A DNA stretch of 64,000 bases from Hypanus sabinus (taxonomy: Eukaryota). The stretch is from NCBI RefSeq assembly GCF_030144855.1, contig NC_082722.1, positions 25,048,001 through 25,112,000 of the forward strand. Reading direction: 5' to 3'. Numbering within the stretch: position 1 is the first letter of the stretch; each line of letters starts with the position of its first letter. The notes below the pieces were generated by a model, which saw only the letters and a list, made by a program, of their open reading frames with translations, was not told the origin of the DNA and made no database searches. Position numbers and translations under genes: made by a program. Of the stretch, positions 48,240 to 61,929 are shown piece after piece.

Positions 48240-49930
48240 TGCAGTGACTGGAAAGGAAGGGGAAAGAAGCTGGAATAAGAAGGTGGGGGGTGGGTGAGGG
48301 GAAGGGGTGCGAGTTGGAACATGGGTGGAGATGAGGTGAGAAGCTGGGAGGTGACAGGAGGAAGAGAAGAAGAAGGCATGGTGGTATAGTGGTTAGCACA
48401 ATATTTTACAGTACCAGCATCCCGGGTTCCATTCCCGCCGCTGCACGTAAGCAGTCTGTACGTTCTCCCCATGAGCACGCAGGATTCCTCAGTTGGTAGG
48501 TTAATTGGTTCATGTAAATTGTCCTGTGATGAAGCTAGCATTAAATTGGACGATTGCTGGCAGGCGCGGTTCAAAGGGCTGATTTCCAACAATCAATCAA
48601 TAAGGAATCCAATAGAGGAGAGGCTCCAGAGGGTGGTGATAGACAGGACTGCAGAAGGGTCAAGAGGGGAAACAAAATGGAGAATGGAAAACGAGAGCAG
48701 GAGGAGGAGGAGGGGTAATAAATTATCGGAATTAGAGAAATCTGTGTTCACGCTGTCAGGTTGGCGGCTACCTAGAGGAAGCATGGAAGAAAAGTAAGGA
48801 GGTATGAGATGTTGCTCCTCCAGCCCGAGAGTGGCCTCATCATGCAAGTGGAGGAGGCCACGGACAAACACATGGGAATGGAATGAAAATGCTTGGCTAC
48901 CACCAAATCCTGCCTTTTGCAGGCAGAGCAAATGTGCTGATACAGTGTATCAGGCCTCACTGATGTCGAGCAGATTGTACCGGGAGTATTGGAACCAGAT
49001 CTCCCAACAGACTCACGGGTGAAGTGTTGCCTCATCTGGGAGGGCAGTTGGTGGTGAGGGAAGAGGTGAATGGGCAGGCATGCTGCTTGCAGGAGTAAGT
49101 GTCAGGAGGGAGATCAATGGGGAGGGGATGAATGGACAAGAGAGTGATCCCCGCAGAGTGTGCAGGAGGGAGGGAGGTAAAGAAGTGTTTAGTGGTAGAG
49201 TCCACTACCACTTGATGTGGGCAGTTGTGGAGGCTGATGTACTGGATGTGGGGTGGTAGGTAAAAATGAGGAGAACTCTATCCCTGTTATGGCGGTGGGA
49301 AGATGAGGTGGGTGAGGGCAGATGTTTGGCAAAGGAAAGTGACATGGGTGAGGGCAGCAACAATGGTAGTGGAAGGGAAACCACATTCTTTGAAGAAGGA
49401 GGACATCTCAGATTTCTGGAATGGCAAGCCTCTTCCTGAGAACAGATGTGGTGGATATGGAGGAACTAAAAAAAAGGGAATGATATTTCTACAAGTGACA
49501 GGATGGGAAGAGAAACACTGATCTCTCTTATTCCCAATTCTGGCTCCTCTCTTAACTCTTCTCATACCCTCAGCTTCCCATCACCTCCCTTTTCCTTACC
49601 TTTCTCCTATGTTCCACCCTCCTCTCCTATCAGAATCCTTCTTCTTCAGTCCTTTACCATTCCTACCTATCACCTCCCAGCTTCTGACTTTATCCCCACA
49701 CACTTACCTTCCCTTTCACCTGGCTTCACCTGTCACATGCCAGCTTGTGCTCCAACCCCACCACCCCAACTTCTTAATCTGGCTTCTTCTCAACTTCTTT
49801 TCCAGTCCCGATGAAGAGTCTCGGCCCAAAACGTCAACCTTTTATTCCTCTCCATAGATCCTGTTTGACCTGCTGAGTTCCTCCAGCATTTTGTTTGTGT
49901 TACTCTGGATTTTCAGCATCTAAAATAACT
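48240..49930. mobile_element. Penelope-like element remnants with inverted terminal segment
   Basis: ORF 48593-48931 FVRGLLHLHDEATLGLEEQHLI..LGSRQPDSVNTDFSN (GIY-YIG); pLTR at 49800-49930. Confidence 0.8.
48376..48590 (+). mobile_element. tRNA-derived SINE
   Basis: A-box tggtatagtgg and B-box ggttccattcc, followed by a SINE body. Confidence 0.7.
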
Positions 49931-51059
49931 CTTGTGTTTAAAATTAGACCTAGGTTTTAAACATGCATAACCATCTGTGCTGACTAAACCAGTTTTAAGA
50001 ACGTTAATCCTTAAAATTTATCACCATTCAAGTTCAAGTTCAAGATTATTGTCATTCAATCTTACCTATGTATATAGCTAAACAAAACATTGCTTCTTTG
50101 GGGTAAAGTGCTAAAAACATTCAGTCCACATCACAGGCCCTTCGTATTATGAAGATGTAACAGAACTGAACTACAGGAAAAGAGACCATTCAGCCCTTGA
50201 AAGCCTCATTCCCCAGCAATTTCTCCACATCCTTCCAATTATTTTCTCCTTCAAATATTTATCCAATTACCCTTGTCAGGCAGTGCATTCCAGATACTAA
50301 ATGCAACTGGTGTTACAGTGATTTCCTGCATGATGTCTCTGGTCTTCACTGATTGGCTATCACAGATAAGAAAAGGAAGTAGAGCTTAAACTGACAACTA
50401 TGTGCAACTTAAAGTGAGTCATCAAGAAAATGCTGTTTTGTATTGTTGGGGAAGTGATAAATGAGTTCATGGAGAAGTGTTGTGAGTCAGTCAGCAAGGT
50501 TCGATGAAGGGAAATTTGTGTAACAATTAGGACGACAAGTGGTATGTTGGAGTTCTTTAAGGATGTGACTAGACCCCTAGATGAATATGCCAATTCATAG
50601 GGTTATTGCTGAAGAGAAAAGGCTCATGGGATATGAGTAATATATTAGCGCGAATGGTAGATTGGGTAACAGTCCCCAAACAAGGAGCCTGGCATAGTAG
50701 GTAATTTTCGGACTTAATAAACTGTTAGCAGAGGGTTAGCGTCGAGACCTCAACCGTCTGCAGTCAGTTGGATAAAAGGAACAAGTTTACAACATAAGTT
50801 TTGGGGAGTGTTGGTAGCTTTTTCCCCTCTGCCATCAGATTTCTGAACATTTCATCAACACAACCTTATTCTTTTAGCACCATATATTCATTGAGTAATT
50901 TAGAGTAATTTTATGTCTTTGCTACTGTAAAACAGCAAATTTCATGTTAAGACATGATTCTAATGGGGAGACAATTGTGGAAATCTAGAGCTGGGCAGAG
51001 ATAAGGTGAAATTTTTCCTCTCATTCCATTTTAGTGCAAAGTGGCCATGGACTGTAGTG

Positions 51060-52400
51060 ATTAAAATTTCCTTTGTTCCATCCACAGCAAGCAGGATTTC
51101 CTGGAGACCAACCATTTTAATTCCAGTCCCCACTCCCATTCTGGCATGTTGGTCCATGCCTGCCTCTATTGCCACAATGAGGCCTCTCTCAGCTTGGAGG
51201 AGCAACACCTCGCATTCCACCTGGGTAGTCTCCAACCTGAAGGCATGGACATTAATTTCTCTATCTTCTGGTAATTTATCTCCCCTCCCCCTTCTCTCTT
51301 CTTCCATTCCTCATTCTAGCTCCCGTCTTACCTCTTCTTTTCTCCTCACCTGCCTATCCCTTCCCCCGGTGCCCCTCTTTCTTCCCACGGTCCATTCTCC
51401 TATGAGATTCCTCCTTCTTCAACCCTTTACTTTTTTCACCTATCACCTCACAGCTTCTTCATCTCCACACATTCACCTATCACCTGCTAGCTTCCCCTCC
51501 CCCCCCCCACCTTATTCTGGCTTCTTAGAAAGAAACATAGAAAACTTACGTACAGGCATTTCGGCCCATGAAGCTGTGCCGAACTTGACACTACTTTAGA
51601 ACTACCTAGGCTTTACGTTTAGCCCTCTATTTTTCTGAGCTCCATGTATCCATCCAGGAGTCTCTTAAAAGTCCCTGTTGTTTCCGCTGCTGCCGGCAAC
51701 CCATTCCATGCACTCACCACTCTCTGCGTTTTTAAAAAAAAAACTTACCCCTAGCATCTCCTCTGTACCTTCCTCCAAGCACCTGAAAACTATGCCGTCT
51801 CATTCTAGCCATTTGAGCCCTGGGAAAAAGCCTCTGACTATCCACACGATCAATGCCTCTCGTTATCTTGAACACCTCTGTCAGTTCACCTCTCATCCTC
51901 CGTTGCTCCAAGGAGAAAAGGCCAAGTTCACTCAACCTATTCTCATAAGGCATGCTCCCTAATCCAGGCAACATCCTTGTAAATCTCCTCTGCACCCTTT
52001 CTATGGTTTCCACGTCCTTCCTGTAGTGAGGTGACCAGAACTGAGCACAGTACTCCCAAGTAGCTGCAACATTACCTCTTGGCTCTTAAACTCAATCCTA
52101 CGACTGATGAAGGCCAATGCACCGTATGCCTTCTTAACCACAAAGTCAACCTGCTCAGTAGCTTTGAGTGTCCTATGGAGTCAGACCCCAAAATCCCTCT
52201 GATTCTCCATACTACCCAGAATCTTACCATTAATGCTATATTCTGCCATCTTCCTCTTTTCTTTCCAGCCTTGATGAAGGGTGTCAGCCCAAAATATCGA
52301 CTTTACTCCTTTCTACAGATGCTGCCTGACTTGCTGAGTTCCTCCATCATTTTGTGTGTGTTACTCTGGATTTCTAGCATACACAGAATCTCTTGTGTTT
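51060..52400 (+). mobile_element. Penelope-like remnant interrupted by a minus-strand CR1 3' fragment (about 51526-52250)
   Basis: LEEQHLAFHLGSLQPEG (GIY-YIG) at about 51190-51245; CR1 ORF 51732-52013 IERVQRRFTRMLPGL; pLTR resumes at 52250. Confidence 0.8.
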
Positions 52401-52719
52401 GTGATTTAGGCTTTTGCCGGTTTGTTCAAGAACTGAATGGTTGAAGTGAATTGGCTGTTTTTGATGACATGGTCTGTGTGGTGGGGATTTTGATGCTGCC
52501 TTCTCGAAGTAGTATCTCTTGGGTAGAGAGGGATGTGCCCATCATGTACTGGGCAGAGAAAACTTCTCTCTGTGGTTCTTGCACATTTGGAGTGCTGTAC
52601 CAGACCATGATGGAAGCAGTCACAATACTTTCAACGGTACATCTATATCAGTGTTTAGGGAAGACCCACAAAATGCTGGAGGAACTCAGCAGACCAGGCA
52701 GCATCTACGGAAAAGAGTA

Positions 52720-52757
52720 CAGTCGATGTTTCGGGCCGAAACCCTTCATCAGGACTG
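52720..52757 (-). ncRNA. Minimal type I hammerhead ribozyme motif (best-preserved copy)
   Basis: CAGTC CTGATGA a GGGTTTCGGCCC GAAA CA TC GACTG; 5-bp stem I, stem II, intact core. Confidence 0.75.
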
Positions 52758-53039
52758 GACTGGAGGGAAAAAAGATGTGTCGGAGTTAGAAGGTGTGGGG
52801 AGGAAGAAAGAAACACAAGGTGACAGGAATTTTAGGGTGTTTGATGACGGGCCAAACACCCTGAACCTCCTAAGGAAGTAAGGATGCTGGCATGCCTTCC
52901 TTACGATTGCATCTGTGTGCTGGTTCCAGGGCAGGTCATCCAGAAATTCAAATCTGCCGTCTCTCTCCTAGAGGGAACGAGAACTAGAAGGTTTAATTTA
53001 AGATGAGAGGGAGGAGGTTAAAAGGGAATTCGTGTATAT

Positions 53040-53292
53040 TTAGGGATACAGTGTGGAGTAAGCCCTTCTGATCCTTGGAGCCCAAGTAACCCCATAACCC
53101 TGATTAACTCCAACCCAATTTACAATGACTCTACCCTTCGGGCTGTGGGAGGAAACTGGAGAACCCGGGGAAAACGCACGCATTCCGTGGGGTGAACGCA
53201 CAGAGGCCCCTTGCAGAACGGTGCTGGAATTGAATTCCAAACTCTGAAACGCCCCAAGCTGTAATAGGGGCATGCTAACCCTTATGCCAACC
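53040..53292 (-). mobile_element. tRNA-derived SINE
   Basis: Minus-strand head tggcataagggttagcatg..ggagttcaattc-like boxes, then a body with ttttccccgggttctccagtttcctcccacag. Confidence 0.65.
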
Positions 53293-53874
53293 TGAAGGTT
53301 AAATATTTCACCTAAAAAAAATAGTTGGTATTTGGAAGGAGCCACCAGAGGAAGTGGCTGAGGCAGGGACAACAACAGCATTTAAGGGGCATTCCAACAG
53401 GTACTTGAATGAGCAGGGCAGGGAGGGATATAGAACTAATACGGCAAGATGGTATTAGTATTAATAAATGTTGGGTCAGCTCAAATGTGATGGGCTGAAG
53501 GGCCAAATTCTAAGCTGTACAGCTGTATGGGGCTTTAAAGAAAGGAGGTTTTGTGTTAATGGGATTGCTCCATTGGGAGCTAGCATGGCCTGATGGGCCA
53601 AATCACCTGTGCTAAGACACAACAGCTTAAAATTAATGTCCACAGGGAATTGGCATTTACTGTAGAAAGTTTTAATAAAATGCGTAAGAAATTTCAACAA
53701 AATTACATTTTGTTTTTTAGCTCCGTGATCATCGACACATGTATTCCCATTGGAATTAATTCAGATTTATTATTGTTCGTACGGTACTTCCTCACCCTGT
53801 TTTAGAAGTGGCATTCTGAGCCAGTTAGTTGGGGGCAGTGTATGGAAATGAAGTAATGAACTGTGAGCTGTGCC

Positions 53875-54105
53875 CACACTAAATGCTGGAGGAACTCAGC
53901 AGGCCAAGCATCTTCTATGGAGCAGAGTGAAGTCGATGTTTCAGGCCCAGACCCTTCATCAGTTAACAGTCCTGCTGAAGGGTCTCGGCCCAAAGAGTGG
54001 ACTGTTTACTCTTCTCCATAGATGCTGCCCGGCCTGCGGAGTTCCTCCAGCATTTTGTGTGTGCTGCTTTGGATTTCCAGCGTCGGCAGACTTTCGTGTG
54101 TTTGT
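53875..54105. mobile_element. Inverted pair of Penelope pLTR-derived repeats
   Basis: aaatgctggaggaactcagcagg...cttcatcag ttaacagt cctgctgaagg...gagttcctccagcatttt. Confidence 0.85.
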
Positions 54106-54141
54106 AATGAATTGTGTACCATCTTTCTGGATGACTCTCAG

Positions 54142-54307
54142 GTAACCATGATTATTACAGTGCTGACATCACCAACTGGTTTATGCACCTGCAGTCGTTA
54201 AATGTCCGGCCTCTCCACAATGAGCATGTCAGGATTTACAGCCCCACTGGGGACAAGAACTGGTTTTGTCTGGCAGGGGTCGATGACATTGAAGCAGATC
54301 TGTTACG
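54142..54307 (+). CDS. TMPPE: TMPPE coding exon 3
   Basis: ctctcag| ... cg|gtaagt; (G)[27 protein letters not shown]...[12 protein letters not shown](R); GNHD motif. Confidence 0.95.
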
Positions 54308-55140
54308 GTAAGTTCTTCGTTATGGGTTTTTTATCTGTGTAACTTTGCTAGAGATCAACTTTATTCACTGTATAGATTTATACGTGTTAGGAATCTATTG
54401 TGGTGTGCTGGTCAGGATGCAACATGCAACAAAAAGTAACAACATTCAACAATTATAAAGAATTATATAAAAACTATTGGTTAAAGTGTGGATATGGAAT
54501 AAAATGTGCATAAATACCAGCATGTATTTACTATAAACAGTAATATAAAGATGTGTTTGAAGCGTTCACTGTACAGTGATGGGGGTAATAGACAGAGGGT
54601 AGAGGGCAGTGCTAACTAAAATCAGATTAACAATCTAGGGGAAGAAGCTTTTAAGTTAGTGTGTTTTTTTTTATTGTGATAGCCCTATAACGCTTTCCAG
54701 CACTATACCCTGCAGTTTGCAAGGTAATGTCTGCAGTTATTTTTTCTTGGCCGCTTCCTCGTCCTGGACACACATAAGTCCTGCGGAGATGATAGACTGC
54801 AGCCAAAGACCTTTCGCTGACAGTCCGCTGGAATTTTCTTGCACTGATGTGAAATGCAGTAACTTTTCCAGGGAATTCACATATTCCTGTTCTCCCTCCT
54901 CAATACAATCAAAGTGTAACTTATGAAAAATAAATAGTTTTTTTTAAATGTTTGTCCCTTACTAATAATCAATCAGGTGTTCACTGAATTCCAGTGCCAG
55001 ATTTTGAAAGGATTTTGTCCTAGTGCTATTTGCTTTTCTCAACCAATGTGGCTTTTTTCAACCAATGTGTCTTAAGCCACAGGCATTTTAAGTTCAAAAC
55101 TCTTTTCTATTCAATAAGGGTAAATATAGCAAAATAAACA

Positions 55141-57011
55141 CTGTGGGTTCTTATCAATCGGAACACATTGGACCAGTTAAGTGCCAGTACATTTTGTCCC
55201 AATTAAGTGGCTGCCCCAGTAAACCAGAGTTTCATGGAAATAGTTAAAAAGGCATTAAAAAAGTCAAACTACCGTTTAACTGAATAACAAATTAGGTATT
55301 AAAATGAAATACAGAACAAATTAGAACACTATCAATACTACTACAGATAAAACTGTGAACTAACTCCTGATAGTCATCAATGAAGGAATTTGCTGTACAT
55401 TGCCACATTCTTTTGACTGTAAAGGAACAAAATCAGCATAGCTACCTAGTATAAATAATGGACTGCCTTCATACAATGCTTTCTACATTTGCATCCTCCA
55501 AATCTTCATTTTCATTGTGACATTCAAGATGATTGTCAATACCTTCAAATTCTTTGTAGTTCCTAACTTCAGAATCAGGTTTAATATCACTGGCATGTGT
55601 TGTGAAATTTTTAATTCAATGCTATAGAAAAAAATAAGTAAGAGTAGCCCCCTTGCCGGGCTCACATACAAACTCGGCTCGTTAGTGAACTCTGCTAACA
55701 GCCCTGTGAGAAGGCCACCTTTCATAAACAATATACATCTAGGGTCGGTATGATTTGCGGTTCAACCAACCAGGAATGTCATGATGTTCTGATGAAAGAA
55801 CCCTCGATTTGAGTGAATGCAGTGTAAACACTGCCCATACACAGTTATTGGTAGACCAGAAATGACAGATTGTACACCATATAAAATTATAAAGAATGTA
55901 TATTTACTAATTTCAACTTTAACAAACAGTTATTAAGAGAAAGAAAAAACTATAACGGCCCACTACAGTTAAGCCAGTGTAACTGTGAAACTGGATACTC
56001 AGGGGTGTATCTCCTACTCACAAATAGACCTTGGGTCCAGCATGAAAACCCATCTTTTTGAACTTCCCTCGAAAACCATCTGGAGCAAGCAGGCCGTCTC
56101 TCAGGAGTATCGGCCCTTCCTCCGTGGAGCCGTTTACCTGCACAAAGCACTTCTTTCAGCAGTGCCTCCCCTTGCTACGGCATCCTGGGGCATCTTCCCT
56201 CTGCCCTGTACAGTTCCTGCCAAAAAGATCCTGAACCTCTCCGCCCCACTCTCTCTGGAACTTTCTCTCAACTCCACCATCCTGATTGGCTGACACAGCA
56301 TTCCTAAGTCAAACAGCACTGCTTCTTAGCCAAAACCAAAGGCAAGCAGGTCACAGTGCTTTTGCAGGAGTGCTAAAATGAAATAACTACGGCATAGCAG
56401 TAGAAATCTTAACCAGGGCGTAAGTAAATCAATCGCAGTAATATGCATTAAATAGGTAAATTTAAAAATAGTGCAAAAAGAAATAATGATACGAAAGTGA
56501 GGTAGTGTTCACGGGTTCAATGTCCATTTAGGAATTGGATGGCAGAGGGGAACAAGCCGTTCCTGAATAGCTGAATAGCATGTGTCTTCACGCTTCTGTA
56601 CCTCCTTACTGATGGTAACGTGTTGAAGTCATGAAATGATTTCATTTTCACTCCCGGCCGTCTCTGGCACCTCCTGAATGCTTGAAACTGCATTGAACAA
56701 AGCAGTTCTGAATTGTATTACTGCTTATTTCTCGCCAACTATCAATAGCAAAAATGTACTGCTTCTTGAACAGAAGGACACACAACTGATGCTATTTTAA
56801 AAATGTTTGCTTAAGCATGGTGTAGTGTCTAACACCCACACAACTGCATGAGTTTGCTGCTAGTTAGAAACTGTTCAGCTGCAATGGTATAGTGTCGCAA
56901 ATAAATGAAGGGAAGCCCGGCTATTTTCTTGATTATTTTTTGTCCTTTAAGAATTTACCGAAATAAGTGATGTCCCAATTAATGGATGGCCCAATTAACT
57001 GAAATCCACTG
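55141..57011. mobile_element. Degenerate Tigger/pogo-like non-autonomous DNA transposon with nested Rex fragment and LTR
   Basis: Right end cccaattaactgaaatccactg, degenerate left counterpart, repeated subterminal cccaattaa motifs at both ends. Confidence 0.5.
55638..56423 (-). mobile_element. Probable solo LTR inserted in a Rex 3' fragment
   Basis: About 790-bp block that splits the Rex sequence aaataagta|aatcaatcgc; ends resemble an LTR but the TG/CA termini are degraded. Confidence 0.45.
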
Positions 57012-57677
57012 TTACAGAATGATAATAATAATGGGTATCTTCTCTGCAAAGTTTTATTCTTAAGGAAGTGATTAATTTAGTAGAGATGGGAATTTTAATT
57101 TCTCATCATACTGGGAACAGCCAGCCTGTTAGTGAGAGGAGAACTTTAGTTTTGTTTTTGCACATTGTATTTGCTCAGTGAATTTGATTCTGCCGTTCCA
57201 TTTTTCCCGAGTATTGGAGTAGAATTGGTGAGATGATTACGTGCATGCACTGGTTTCATTTAATACACACAGAGACCTCAGAAGAATGAGGTTTGTTACC
57301 TCTGAAGTTGGGTAAACTGTCATTAGCCTGCGGAGTCATCAAGACTGACATTTGATTTGCTGATGTTATATTTAGGGTGACAAGGTGTTTTATAAAAACT
57401 GTCAATGAGTAAGATGTTGGCGAAAGGTGTATGCTTTCCTTTGCTCTCAATTAGAATCAGGAAGTAATTTGTGTAGGCAATATATTTTGACAGTTTAAAC
57501 ATAAGCTTGCATTTCAAGAGTTAGAAGATGCAGAGTCTACAACTTGCTTTTGAAGAGCCTGGAGGCAATAAGAAAGTATGTTAGAGCATCCAACAGGAGA
57601 AACAAGACATGGGGCTGCCAGGTCAGTACATCAGGTGATAGTGGTCTCGTAGCTTGACTGTTGCCATTTCTGTGCAG

Positions 57678-57817
57678 GTATCCTGGACACGGTATGGATT
57701 TAAAGAAAGCATTGGATGGCTGCAGTACTGAAGATACAATAGTACTGTTAGCACACCAGCCAATAGCTGCCAAACGTGCCCTTCAAAGCAGACCAGATAT
57801 CAGCCTGGTTCTCTCCG
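57678..57817 (+). CDS. TMPPE: TMPPE coding exon 4
   Basis: tgtgcag| ... tccg|gtacga; [46 protein letters not shown](G); AHQP motif. Confidence 0.95.
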
Positions 57818-59315
57818 GTACGAAAATACATCTAATTAACCATGTGTTTTAAAGAAAAGCTATCGATTTAACATGAATAAATGTAATAAAAACATCTTGG
57901 ACTACAAAGTCACTTAGTGTTAATATTAAACTTGGTGTTATTCTTTTACCTTAAATCTGTCCAATCTATCCAGCACCCCACTAGCCCCAACCCTCCACTT
58001 ACTGTTCTCTACCCACATTCCACACAAATAACTGACCCGGTCTGGTCTGTACCAGACCACGGCAAGTATCAGCATTGCTGACTGGCTGACAGAGTGGTGA
58101 ATTAATAATAGTCTGATACTGTCACAACATTCTATGTTGCAAAGTGTGACAGGCTCTATAATAGGATTGTGTAGTACTATTCATGTGGTTTATGAGTACA
58201 CTCCCCACACTGATCTCACAAATACTAAGTACGTCTCTGTTGGCAGTTGGCAGCAGTTGGAAGCCAGCAGACAAGTTTTGAACTGGAAAAGTTTTGTAAA
58301 ACTTCCATAGAGTCTGTTCTACGTGGCCTCCAAAGACATTGATCGTTTTCATCTGTGCTAAACAATTTATGCAACAAGAAGTACATAAAATGTGCAATGC
58401 TTCTGACTTATGGGAAGCTCGTGGGGGCCAAGTGTACGGATTGGTAGGATATAGATTTGCACATTACTGCTAATGTGTGTGGACATCTTAGACAAGAAGG
58501 GAGTTAATTGAAAGAATGGCAGTTTTGTCTGTTGTCTGTCTGTGGAAGGGTAATGGGGCTGGTGTGAAAGTAGGATTTGAGGGTGTCGTCTTATGCTATA
58601 GATGATGTGTAGCAAAGCAGAACCAAGTGATGAAGAGGGATAAAGTGAAGCAAAAAAGTTATATAGCATTTGGAAAAACTCAACTGTGAAGCCCCGAGGA
58701 TCCTACTTTCAATTGTGGTCTGTTCTGGATTACTTGGTTTTAACCAGGGTAATAAATACTCACCATCTTGGGTAATGGGGGGAAAAAAATGTCTGGTAGA
58801 TATCCAATTCTTGTTATCCAATGAGTTTCCCTTTGTGGGCATCTCATTGGACATAAACATGCTTGCAAGCAAAACCTTCTCATTCTTGACTCCAGATGAG
58901 TAAGTTAGCCAAAATAATTGTTTAATTTTTAATGGATTTTTTTTTGTGGAGTTTGTGAGGATGGTTATGTTGACAGAAAGTGTGGTTAGGGTTTAGGAGC
59001 AGGGATGTGGGGGTATTAGAGGATTATCTGGGGGAGCCCACACAGTTATTGAAAGAACGTGCAAACTCTGCACAGACAGATGAGACCTCCCACCATGAGG
59101 GAAGATGCATGAAAGTTTCCAGTTCCAAATTGAATACATTCTGTATCAACAAAAGCTCTGTATCATTAATGTAGTTGGCATTATATAATATACCCACAAT
59201 ATATACAATATTTCCTGACTTAGCTTAAACTTTTTTGGTTTAAATAAATGTTAATGTTTATGGTTAATAGTATTAATCTAATACCTAAACTCATTTTTAT
59301 TGTTCTTTTCAACAG

Positions 59316-59506
59316 GTCATACCCATGCCGGACAGATTTTTCCTCTTTCGATTTTTGCCTATTTGTTTAATCCATACTTTGAAGGTCTCTATAAAACTGT
59401 TGAGAACAGTTTAGTGTATGTAACACCTGGGACAATTTACTATGGAATTCCAATGAGACTAGGAAGCAGAGCAGAAATAACAGAGCTCATTTTTAAGACT
59501 GAATGA
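59316..59506 (+). CDS. TMPPE: TMPPE coding exon 5
   Basis: ttcttttcaacag|; (G)HTHAGQIFP...[20 protein letters not shown]; GHTH motif. Confidence 0.95.
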
Positions 59507-61929
59507 TACCACTGTCTTGATTCATGAATGTTAACACTGATGTGTGTAAAGAATAAGTAGGTAATTAACTAGCTTATATAACAGCTAAAATCATCAATTA
59601 ATTGTTCTGAAGAGATCAAAATATACTGTACAGTCAATGCCTGTGACTGCACTAAAGTTGATGTGTTTTAAGACTACAGATGCAAAGCAAAGATGGAGAT
59701 GCAAAGCAGTCCTTATGGGATTTACATTTCTGTGCTTTCCTTCTGTCTGTGGTCTTCAAGTATCATAAGGGGCCTGCACTTAACCAATTACCTCCCACCC
59801 CCTTGTGCAGATTATTTGGGGATCAAAGACCCTTCTGTCCACACCTTCACCCACAGCTGCATGATGAAGCCGGAAAGTCAATGTGTGGAAGATTCTGCCT
59901 ATAGATTGACTTTCACAGCATAAAGCACTGTTCAGGAAACTAAATGGAAAATATTCAATACCTCGTAATCTTAATGTGAGTGTTTATTCTCATTTAGTTA
60001 ACCTCCATTAAATTCCAAATCAAAAATGTTCCTTTGAATTTTTTTTCGTTTGTATTTGATATTTGTCGAAAGTACTGTAATTGTTACTGTGGTTTATTAA
60101 TGCCATAAATTATTTGTAATTGTGAGTGCCTATCAATAAGATGTAATGCTAATTGTTGCACTATTTATCAACAGCTGGTATATAAATGCTTGAGATTGCT
60201 CCTCTTCTCTTAATATGACTTCCAATTATTTGTCCTAACTTTATATACTTTTGAATATATTGCAATCTATTGGAAATACTTTGTGCTTCCTGACAGTAGG
60301 AAGCAATAATATTGTTCCATCCTTTAGGAGGATTGTCATACTTTTTAAGGAAGGTAGGCCATATGGAAAAAAGATGTCTTTGTGCTGGTTTTAATTTGCC
60401 CGTCGGTTACCAAACACTATCAGTTGCTGCATGAAGAAGATTGCACGTCCTTGTCCCTGTAACCATCAGCACTAAGTGTGTTAAAACATGAATAAATCTA
60501 TATGATTGACAGTAGTAAATGAAAACAAGGAGATCACAGCAACTGGGCCAGGCCACAGAAAGCAACATGAGCATTCCAATCTGATCGAATCACTTCACTT
60601 CTTCAGACATCTGAGTCAGTTTGCATTAACAATTAAAATGGTCAAAAGATGAAGGAACAGCTGATTTGAATGAAATAACTTCGTGCACGCATAAACATTA
60701 TGCAATTTTCAATATCCTAATGAAAGGAGAGGTTAAAGCAGCCAAACGTACTAATTTGTAAAAGTAAACAGTTTTCTTGTAAATCTAAGAAAGAACAGAA
60801 AATGTAAAGATGGGTGAATATTTTACTATTTCAGCTGTCATTAGAACATGGTTGTTTCAAACATTGACAAGAGGCACTATGTTAGAGATTAATCTTCAGT
60901 TTTATGTGTTGCATTTTTGTGCATTAATGTAGAATGGATGCATTATATTCTGCTGATGAAATTCATGTCAATCAAAATCAAAAAAACTGAATATCAGAAG
61001 CAGAGTACGTAGGTGTATGGTACTACATTTCACTTCTAAGCCCACCGTGACAATGGAAACATTTCTGTGCCTTTGCATTGTTCAATTTGCACGTTTCCCC
61101 TTCTTAATCGTATTATTTAAATACAGAACACACGTTACTTTTATACCCTCAAAGGAAATTAGAATAAACAAATTTGACCTGATATCAGGAACATTGCAAA
61201 GAGCTGCCACTGCTGAATGTTTTTGCCAAAGACAAGATTAAATTTGTTAAGTTTAATCTGAATTTCTGTGGAGCTGAATAGTGTTCACCAAAACTGTTGT
61301 GTTTATTTTCTCTGGACTAATAAATTTGACTCTGTCAAAACTAAACAGTATTTTCTGTGTCTGAAATAAGTTTTGTTATCCACTTACCAATCTGAGAGAT
61401 TTAATATGAATCCTGGGCAATGTGCACATAAAGTATTTTTAAAATGTTTACTTGTTTGCAAGGTGTGAACATTATTGCCATACTAAATTTATTGTCCATC
61501 CATAATCGCTGCTGAACTGAGTAAACATCAACAGGAACCGAATAGCCAGAGTAAGGGCAGCAGCTTTACTTCCCTTGATAATGCACTTTACAAACGAGAA
61601 AAGTGCAGCATGATTTTAGGGAACAGTGGTATTATTTAACCATATAACCTGATGACCAGGAGACCCAAAGGATCTCAAGCATTTTCCAGAACAAAATGAT
61701 TGAGAGCCTTTGATTTAATCCTGCTGCACTGATCAAGCTATCATTTTCACATAAATATCTGAGTGATGTGCAGCTGCCCAGTGTAACAGATATATTTTCA
61801 CATCAGCAAAACAGTAAATAGATGATCGTGCTAGTGATATAATTCCCTTCTCCATTGGCAACTGGAAAGAGAAATTTTACTACCAGCCTTTCTTGGATCT
61901 GGAAGATTTGAATTAAAAGATTTATTAAA

